Shown: positions 37,048 to 47,300 of the stretch, one piece after another
How positions within the stretch are numbered: position 1 is the stretch's first letter
How the letters are laid out: every line of letters starts with the position of its first letter
Assembly (NCBI RefSeq): GCF_032062105.1
Contig: NW_026936725.1
Coordinates: 496,001-560,000, forward strand
DNA from: Saccostrea cucullata
Lineage: Eukaryota
Length of the DNA: 64,000 bases
Reading direction: 5' to 3'
Notes under the pieces: model-generated
The model's input: the letters and a program-made list of their open reading frames with translations, nothing else
Databases searched by the model: none
Told to the model about the DNA's origin: nothing
Program-made: the position numbers and the translations under genes

Positions 37048-40000
37048 ATGGCTACCATCGGTCTTTTGAGGGCCTGTCGAGGTATATTTTCAGTGAATTA
37101 ATACGTTTCCTTGGTCAATATTGATCTTTATAGTCATAAATATGTAACAATGGGTGATTTCGCATAATTAAATGTTTTATTGGTTAAAAGACCTATCTGT
37201 CTTATTTTCTAAATGCGTCGCCCAAACACAAGGTCACGAAATCGAGGATGTATATTCTGTTTTAGCACTTTCCTTGTTCAAGTATTTGGTTTTTATGGAG
37301 TACTTATTATGTTTTTAAGTAAAGCAATTCCATTGTTACAATAATTTATTTTATTCCATTACATGATCAATCATTCAGATCAAATAAATAACTGATCAAG
37401 GTTGTTTTATCACGTAATTTGCATAACAGCAAAAATTCCTGAAGCCGGCATATTTTCTTCCTTTATTTTTACATAATATTCGTGCCTTCTTTTATTACGT
37501 TATCTTTAAGTTAAGTTTAAAAGACATGAGAAGTATTTATCAATTTAATAAATTAAATACAAAAATGATTATGAAGACTGTCCATTTGTGTCAGTTATGT
37601 AAGTAATAAGTTGTAAGGTATTCAGTGATTTGAACATATTTTATTGTGATGAATAATATAGATTGCAGTTAAGTGTGAAGTTTTATGTCACGATCTAGTT
37701 TGACAGCTGCGCTGAAGGTAAATAGTATAACCGTAAGCTTTACGACTGGAACTTTCTTCAAATCCCTGATTGGTTGCTCGTGCAATAGACAATTTTCATG
37801 TGAATGTTGATAATATGAGTTGACCAATCATGTGAATTGTTTACGCTGGATGCCTCTGATGAAAAAGATCATGACGTAATGCAAAACTTCACACTTAACT
37901 GAAATTAATAAATAAAATTTACAATGGGATTGGGCACAAGTTCTTAAAACTTAATTCGCCATCTCCCCACATGAAATATCACAAAAGATTCAATTAGATG
38001 TCTCCAACAGTTTGTACAGAATAAATTAACTCACAGCATAGACATGTATACTACCACATTATTACAAATAATTAAATAATTATAAGAACATTAAATTAAA
38101 TCTGCCAGAATGCTGAACATTGACATCTCTGAAAACATTTTATTGAGAATTTTCATGTGTTGCAGGTAATGGCTGTTTATTTATGAAGAACAGTTTGCTT
38201 CACCAAAGACTTCCTGCTAATCTTCAGAACAGTCTAATTACCAAACATTTCTCCCTGACGCCTGTTGCCAGCAGTAATGCTGTGATAGAGTTTTTCAGAG
38301 CACGAAACTTCAGGGCAAAAAGGGGTCCATTTCGACCAGGTAGGTAAAAAAAATTGTAGGTTCACACTGAAAGTTAAATTGCAAGATCTGATATTGATAG
38401 ATCAGATAGTGCAGATTCAGTGTAGTTTAAATTATGGCCCCAGAAGACTGGGTTGGACCATAAAAGGGGTTCATTCAAAGTTTTTTATGGAAATATCTTT
38501 TATAGATATCTTTAAAAATCTGATGATGGTAGGGTTGAGATAATTTGTGAGCATCGTTATTCTTGTCTGGTTGGAAATGAAAAAAAAACAAGTATATACT
38601 GACAAAAAGTCAGAGATACTCAAGCTGTAGAAAATCAACTAAGAAAAGTCATTAATATCCTAAAATGGTATAATGTGTATTATTAGTTCAATCTTCTATT
38701 GAATTATATACATGTACATGAAACAAAATTCATATAATGAAGTTACATTAGAATAAATATAATATTATCGTACTATACGATGAATTTAATTTACTCACTT
38801 TCAGGAATATTTTATAGAGTATATAGACGTATATATTCTTGAATTAATAAAATATTTTTTATGTAGACATTTCATATACTTCAAACTATACGCTTTTTTA
38901 ATTTTGCTATGACGTACATAAAAACATGTTATAAACATCAATCTAAATAGCTTGTTGCAAGTCGGAAGAAAAGTTTTTCAAAGTGGAGGGGGGGGGGTTC
39001 TCAGGGCTCCAAAAAGCCACGTAATTACCGGTATACGGGTACATTTAACTGTGCGGCATGTACAGTACATATTCCGTTCGAATCCAAAAGAAGTTATTTA
39101 GGTTCCGTTACCAAAGCTGAAGAAAGTACGATTTTTTAAAATAAAAAAAAACGTATGAGGGAGAAATTAACATTAATTTTGCGCTATTATTTTACTGTCA
39201 CTCAAAGTGCACATCATTTTCAGTCCCGTTATAGGCAATTTCAGTTTGGGGGTACATGCCATACATTTTTTTGCTACGCATTGTAAAACTTTGACAGATA
39301 ATAATGTATCTTAGTGTGGTCTACTTGTGAAGTTATGCCAAGTCATATTGAAATCAGACCAACACTGCGAGAATAAGCGTTTCGAAAAGTTGTTAAGAGA
39401 AGGACAATTAGAAATGGGGTAAAAATCTGATGTCACCTTTCAGAGTAACCAGTGGACTCGTCCAAGGATGCTTTGTCGGCGACTGAAATGAAAAAAAAAA
39501 AATACCTGAGATTCCTACGCAAATGAAAGCGCGAAATCTCTGTATAGAAACTGTTGCAGCTGCGACGCTTCACTCATTGTTCATACGCTGTAGAATAGAA
39601 TCCGACTTTTAACACTTAATATTTTTGAATATACACGTTTTCAACATAAGCTTCATTTTTGTTTCTAGAAATATGTTTATCTACAAATATAATATAATTT
39701 CGTGTTTTTAAACTGAGTAATTCGATGACCTAGCATCGTTTTAGATAACTCAAGCCCCTCTAGGGCTTGAGTAAAAATTCTTCATGAGATCAAACAGGAC
39801 AAGTTTGTAAATCTTGCTTTGTGTTTGTAGAGGAGAAGCGTGGCGACCATGCTATGATGGCATCTACACACTGGAAGATTGAACGCCTGTTGGCCATCAG
39901 TATGTTAGGAGTAATGCCAGCTTGTCTCTTTGTGCAGGGACCCATCATGGACACATTATTATCAATAACAGTTCTTTTACATGGATTCTGGTAAGAAAGA

Positions 40001-41075
40001 CTCTATAAAATGATGAACTTTATAAAATGTATAGTTAAACTAAATAGATATCAACACGTATGTACATGTAGATAATTTATGGGTATAGCAAAGTTTTATG
40101 AGGTATGCAGTGAAATTCTTAACAATTCTTTGTAAAATTTTATGGTTATAACAATCTTTGATCCAATCTAATTCAATTTAAAGATATCATTGTCTAAAGC
40201 CACGGTTCGGAGTCTGCATATAGCTCTCTCCTACCGGTGGCTCCTTGATCACATAAATTGTCGTAATCTTGAATATTTATGCCTCTATGCTGTGATGTCA
40301 TGTTCACGTTCAGCCAATGACAATATTTGTTTCCATTGAAATTGAAATCAACATCATCAATACACAAAAATATTTCGTAAAACTGCGATTGGTTATTGAA
40401 AGGTCAGGACAATTAAAGTTCATTTTCTGGCTATGTTTTACTCGCATTGGTCAATATTTTAATGAAATAGGAAATATTCTCTTCTTATTCAACCATGGCC
40501 AGAATTGGAGAGGATCATACATTTTGGCCATGGTTTGCAATGATGTAAAGATATAAGAAAACTGATTTTTTTAAGAAAATTACTTTTTAAGTTAAGAATT
40601 GGAACTGACATTATTTTTTATGGTTTTTTGAATTTTAAATTCAATTCATTAGAAAAAATTTGGTACATGAAGTTAAGTTTTCTATTTTCCTGAACATTTT
40701 ATGTATTTATGCTTGAAACAAATCATGCATATCACGGATTTCTATTCATATTTTTGCCAGTTTGTTATACAGATTTTCCACATTAAATTTATTAAGCGAA
40801 ATAAATTCGCAGGTCCTTAGGACTTTGCTGTCTCCAATTGTTACTGTATATAGGCCTATATCTTTGGAGAAATATTATTTGAATACATTATTTTAAGAGT
40901 GTTTATCATTTGTAGGGGTGTGGATGGTGTTCTCACAGATTATTTGGAGAAATTTGTTCCTTGGATCCACTATCCCTGGTATCTGATCACCATAGCTGGA
41001 CTAGCTGGACTTTTTTACTTTAATTACAATGATGTCGGGGTCTGTGAGGCAATCCGAATGGTCTGGAGAATGTAA
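37048..41075 (+). CDS. SDHD: Succinate dehydrogenase cytochrome b small subunit (CybS), mitochondrial, ~175 aa
   Basis: Not in the ORF track. Exons 37048-37081, 38166-38339, 39831-39990, 40916-41075 (528 nt). Arg-rich presequence MATIGLLRACRG, ASTHWKIER, heme His in LLHGFWG, quinone-site TDY, C-terminus YFNYNDVGVCEAIRMVWRM. Four-exon layout is typical of SDHD. Confidence 0.95.
37666..37901. mobile_element. MITE in SDHD intron 1
   Basis: Perfect 19-bp TIRs CAGTTAAGTGTGAAGTTTT / AAAACTTCACACTTAACTG. Confidence 0.75.
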
Positions 41076-41777
41076 TTCCCCGGATTCAGTGCTATTTAAA
41101 TCATTCGATGCTACTAGTTAAAAAGACTTTGTATAAACCTTTTACTTGAGAGTACTGGTATTAGCCACGAGCTTACACAAGCATTCAACAGAATTTGCAT
41201 AATCAAATAATCTGCAAAAAGTCAACAGGAAACGTTTATGTTTAGTTTGCACTAGTTTTTATTAAATCAGTGTAAAACTGTAATATTTTTCCCCTATAAA
41301 TATTTTGAAAGATTTTGTATGTTGAAATCCAAGATTGTTTTATCATGGAGAAAAAAATTTGTGCTTTGTAACATATATTTGCTTAAGTTCATTATTTAAT
41401 AAAATTTATTTAATGTTCATGCATTTTTGTTTTGTAGATTTTATTATTCATTGAATCTATGCCTTTGATTTATACTTATGATATTTTCATGAAATAACAC
41501 ATGTGGCAGCTATGGCATTCCATAGGATGGCTTCATCATGGCTAAAAGATGATCCTGAGTTTTTGTAGCATAATGAGCAGTGGTCAGGTTCAAATGTTGA
41601 GAAATATTATTTTTGTATTTCAAGTTTTATGTACAAAAGCTATAGACAAATAAGTTCATGAAGAAATGAATATCAACAGCTCCTTAAAAAGCTCCTTAAA
41701 CTTATCATTTTACAAATCTATTGTTGATATCAGACCTTGTCAGCAATTACAGTCATTCATTAAGAAGAATGCTGACT

Positions 41778-42331
41778 GTGTTGTTATTGAGGAAATTCAC
41801 CATACCGGTAAATCTAGTATCAACTTAGAGTACCTGCATATAGACATGTTTCATACTGCATTCATCCGACCTTAACTGCATAATAATTAATGTTGATGGA
41901 AAAGCTGAAGTCATCTTGTTTGTCAAACACGTGTACAATTCAGTTGTTAGTTGGCCTCTGTCGTCTAGAGTCAGTTAAACGTCCAAATATGAAGCAGATG
42001 TGACAGATTCTATGGTGTCTTTTATTTCAAATCGAGTCCATGTATATATGGAATTAGCTCTAAAGTTAATTCATAAAACGTCGTCTATACATGTATATCT
42101 GATTGTTGAGTTGAAGGCCACAGACGTGTTTTCCTCATCTCATGTGAAAATTTTAGATAAATTATTCTTAATAGGAGTATAAAAACGTCAGCAAATAAAT
42201 GAGCACAATTTGTGCCCATCGGGATTTCAGCAGTTTGTTGAAAGACGTGGTCTTCTAGAAAAACGTGTTGTTATTGAGGAAATTCACCATACCGGTAAAT
42301 CTAGTATCAACTTAGAGTACCTGCATATAGA
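41778..42331 (+). repeat. 67-bp perfect direct repeat flanking a 420-bp spacer
   Basis: GTGTTGTTATTGAGGAAATTCACCATACCGGTAAATCTAGTATCAACTTAGAGTACCTGCATATAGA at 41778-41844 and 42265-42331. Confidence 0.9.
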
Positions 42332-42488
42332 ATCAGAGAGATTTGTAACAAAGTATTTTTGGGGTGACCAATCAGATGATTGACATGTTATATAAACAAT
42401 ATACTTCTTTACTGTAATACTAATTTTAGACATGAATTCAGAATCCATAGCAATAGAGCCCGCCTTCGAAAACATGATGTACATTTAA

Positions 42489-43104
42489 GGACAGATGATA
42501 CAAACAAATTTTTTCTTTGAAAAAGATTTAATATCATGTCACAAGTTTAGAAAAGTGGATGGTTCTAAGAATTTTTTTTCCTAAGAACTGGAAAATGAAA
42601 TAGACTTTGAAAATATTACTAATATTTCAATATAATTAGAGATATGAACAAAACACACTCAGTAAAGGTTTACAGATGAAAACAAAGTTCAGAATATGTT
42701 ATCCTGGCGCTAAAAGTGTAATATGAGCTTTAGAAAAATATACCAAGCCAGGTGAATTTTAAGAGGAAGATCAAAATTACAAAAAATTAGTAACATCACA
42801 TAGGCTGAATTTTACCATTTAGCTTTTCCTAATAAAAATCACCTGGCTTGGTATATTTTTCTTAAGTTTATATTACACTTTTAGCACCATATTAACATTT
42901 TCTGAAATTTGTTTTCACCTGTAAACCTTTACTGAATGTGATTTGTCTATATTTGTTTTTTCATTGAAATAGTACTAATATTTTCCAAGTCTTTTTCATA
43001 TTCCAGTTCTTAGGGGAAAAAATTGTAAGAACCATCCACATTTCTAAACTTGTGACATGCTATTAAATCTTTTCAAAGAAAAAATGTGTTTGTATCATCT
43101 GTCC
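42489..43104. mobile_element. Foldback Kolobok-like element with ~280-bp inverted arms and TTAA TSD
   Basis: TTAA|GGACAGATGATACAAAC ... GTTTGTATCATCTGTCC|TTAA. Arm complementarity continues inward to AAAATATACCAAGCCAGGTGA / TCACCTGGCTTGGTATATTTT. Confidence 0.9.
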
Positions 43105-44303
43105 TTAAGCTGAAATATAATTATATGCACAGGTACTTGTTTCTGAACTAAATTTTTTACCCGTGAAGATTTTATTTTATGGGTTAAGTATAGTTGTTTT
43201 ATTTTATGGGTTAAGAAATTTGTGGGAATTAATTAAAATGAAGTTTTCGGAAGACTTGCATTTGACTGAACAAGTATACCAACGTAAAATGTAGTATTTG
43301 GGATGTACTGATAAACATACCTTGAATATCAATCATGACAAGACATAGAATGATCACGTGATTAATTCCTAAACATTTTAAAATATTTACATTTCCAATA
43401 ATTTTCCCCTATGATTCTTCACAAAATAAAATGCAGTTCATTTTCTCATGAACTACATATACATAATATGTAACTAACGCGCTTCATGACATATGCCGGC
43501 GTGAAGCGTCGTAGTTCATAATCTCATGAATCTTCAAAAATTAAATTCATTTCTTAAATGTATCTTGATTTTGTTATTTTCAACTCTTATGTGAGTTCCA
43601 TGTCATTATAGATACATACATATAATACATACATGTGCCATCACTTGTTTAAGAAAATCTGAACAATACATATTTACTTCTATCGTAATATACAGTACCC
43701 ATAAGCAGACAGATATTTTTTCAAGAGGGCAGTTGCAAGGGAATTAAAAAAAATTATTTTATATGACAAACTATTAAGTGACAGTTCTATTTGCCATTGA
43801 ATTGAATGCGAATTTTGCAAGAACAACTTACGTCAGAAAACTATTTTATAACATTTCAAAGATTACACAGACCTGTGTAGAATCAGCCAGAGTCCGCGTG
43901 AAATATTTCATCAATTGATTGCTCCATCTCTGTGTACAATATGTGTATAGGTCAAGCAAATATTGTCAAACAGAACTATGAAATCGACAAATGAGATCAA
44001 ATGGATGTATTCAAACTCTCTGTTTCGGAAGTAATGGCCATATACTGACCTTGAATGCAGAACCCTTTCATGTCCATGAACATTGTTTGATGTACAATAA
44101 ACATTGATTTACATATGATGTAACTGATACAGAAATGAAATTGAAATGGGTTTTATTGACTTAAAATTGACCTACATAATTGATGTTAAGTCTACTAATC
44201 ATAAAATTGTTAAGTCAATTAGTTTAAATGCTGCGTACGGTACTTGTTGATGGTGATTGTGCTAGAAAGTATTAAATTCTATGTCTAAGAGTCTAAGACT
44301 TTA

Positions 44304-47300
44304 ATGGAAATGAAAGGCGGAGTCGGTGGTGTTTTGGAGGATTCGTATTTTGTAGACCAGTCCTCGGAACGTCCTTCTAAAAGTTCTTCTGGTGAAACGT
44401 CATTACGTCAGGTATGGAAGGAGCTCCTGGACAGCACGTCCATGCACGGCGTCAGTCGAATTTCTGGCCGGAAGACCATTTTTCATGGGTAGTTTTTTTT
44501 TATGTTATTTTTTTTATCAAACGTATAAACTTGAAATAAATTTTAATTTTCCACTTTTGACTGATGTTGAATAATGTTATAAGATACAAGTACTCTGTTT
44601 TAATCGATTTTGACCTCTTACTACCTCTTACTATCGGGGGCTAGGAAATGTAGTGGATTTTTCTAGAACTATACTACCACTTTGTTCTCTTGGGATTTTT
44701 GTCTATCTAGGAATTTTGACATCCTAGGACATTTGTTGTCCTACGGTCTGTGGAATTTTGGAGACTGCTTGTGTTGTCGTGCTTAGATTACTGTTATTTG
44801 TTTCAGAATATTTGTGACATTTATGGCGTGTATGTTCGATTGCCATAATAATATCATTGACGGTGACTTGTTTTAGAATCTCTTGGACTGTTATGATGGT
44901 GCCCCCCTCGAATTTTTGAATTGTTATATTATATTTAAGGGGGTTTTGGACTGTTATGTTGCATGAGTTTCCCCCAAGAATTTTGGACTGTCTATGTTTG
45001 GATTTTCCCAGTAGTTTTCAACTGTATTGAAGTTTTTTTCCAACATATTCTAGAATGTTTTGAACTTGTATGATGGTGTATTCTCCCCAGAATTTGTACA
45101 TTTTGTAATTATCAGTCTTTTTTCAGCTGAATCTTTTAACAGTTCTGATAAAAGTATTTTTAAGGAATATTTATTAGACTTTTGTTTTATTATTATAATC
45201 ATTATTATTTTTGACTGCTATGATGTGTTTTTCTCCAGAATATTTTCTACCAATCTGTATTTTTCTATGAAGTGAATGTATCTTAAATTCTCTCCCCTCC
45301 CAAATTTTTGGACTGTTTGATAGTGGCTTTCAAAAAAATTTAACTTTTCATACTGTTTAGATTGTGTTTTTAACAGCATTTTTTGAACTGTGGTGATTTT
45401 GCTTCTCCAGAATTTTGGGACTAGTTGTTATGATGTTTTTCCCTCAGAAAGTATTGTACATGTACTACGATGATTGTGCTCTTTGTCCAGAAATTGTTTG
45501 ACTGATATGATGTTTTTGTTTTTGTTTTTTTACATGTAGAATGTTTGGCTATTTGGTGGGGTAACCCCCCTCCCCCCGAAAATATTTTTGAAAGTTATTT
45601 TTGATTTTTTCCAGAATATTTTGGACTGTCATGATGGTGTTTATGCTTGCTTGCCTTGCATCGGTCCTCGTAATTTTTGCCATGTCGTATTTTTCCTACG
45701 AAACACTAATCAACATTCGGGTGGAAATGGCCGACGCTATGGAATTCCCAACCGTAACCATCTGCAATTACAGTCCTTTGAACATTTCAAAATTACAAAA
45801 CTTCAGTGATGTATACGATATCTACCGGCATATAGCTATTGGAAACAAAATTAATATTTCCGATCCAAAGTACGCTGTTTTACATGAACCAAGAAACGAG
45901 TCCTGGTTGGAATACACTAGTTACGATCTTGAAACTATGATATTCAGTTTCGAGTTTGGAGGGAAAATTGAAAGTCATAAGCTTTGGGAAAAAAGAAAAA
46001 CAGACATTGGTATGTGCTTTACGTACAATGGCCCCTCAACGAATCCTCCCAAAGTAAGCAGGTTAACTGGAAGTAAAAAAGGATTGTCGATGTTTGTCAA
46101 TTTGGACCAGGTTAATTATGTCGTGGGGAGTAACAGGGGCGCTGGATTACAGGTAAACATTAAAGAAGCATTTCTTCTTGCTTTTCTCCGTCTTCTATTT
46201 TGTATCCTTCTTGAAAGAATAATAAATATGCGATATGGATCCGAAAAAAAAATCAGAAAATTAAGCCTAGCATATATGTAGTTTAGCCGTTGATACTTCA
46301 ATGTTTCAATATCTATTCAAGTTGTTTTCTCTGCGGTGCCTATTTTAAACTCAGTTGATTTCTTTATTCTTCCACCGGAATGTAAATTTTGCCAAGCGAT
46401 AGGTCCAGAGCTAATAAAGGAGACCTGCATGTGAATCTTGTGTGTCTGTCTTTGTATTTGCCGTCATCTATTGAAATTGGTATGGGAGGCCTCGTGTTAT
46501 TAAAATCTAGTAGACAACATTTTCAAAATCTCTCAATTTACAATTTTTTTTCACAATGAAATGGAAATATAAGGAATAACTGTCTAGTTTGTTGGCTTCG
46601 CCCGTTATGCAAATTATCCAACGTTCCAAATTCGTTGATGCTCTGGCATACTCTATTAAGTGATTCCTCTATTGTAAACTATCAATCATCATTTTTGAAG
46701 CGTAAACTATATTTTTGTCACCCAAATTTTTCCCATAACTAAAAAACTTTTAATTTCATTTCATACTGTATTTGTTTCCATAAAATACCTTTTATTTGAC
46801 TAACCACCATGGCTATTGCATACACGGTGTCCCTGCCATGCCAGGTTGCAAATTCCATCTGTTGACTTGTGTAATTATTCACCAGTTGCCAACAATAAAT
46901 GATGCCCCCCACCTACATGTCTGGTGGCTAATTCAAAGACCTTAATTATTTATGTTATCAATGATGAGTATAATAATTATAACAACAGTATCTCATTACA
47001 AAATTTGCTGCCAAAAATGTTTTTATTTACAATAAAATATGTTTTGCAATTTTTATATGTAAAACTATTATTACGAACGATTAACCAATTTTAAGTGTGC
47101 TGTTTAGCATGCATCATTATTTTAAACTTCATTATTACTCGATCCTTAACATAATTAAAATATTATCATAATCTACAATAATTTAGATAATATTCACTAA
47201 TCGATAACGTGTTTTATCAAATAAACTAATCGATAACATGTTTTATCAAATAAACTGTTTTCTTTTAGAAATTATATTACTTTGTTAACTTTTTATGCAA

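Noticed and set aside
4900-41075. FAHD2 plus SDHD as a functional metabolic cluster
   Set aside because: They are 20 kb apart with four unrelated genes between them. No shared regulatory evidence and synteny was not testable here.
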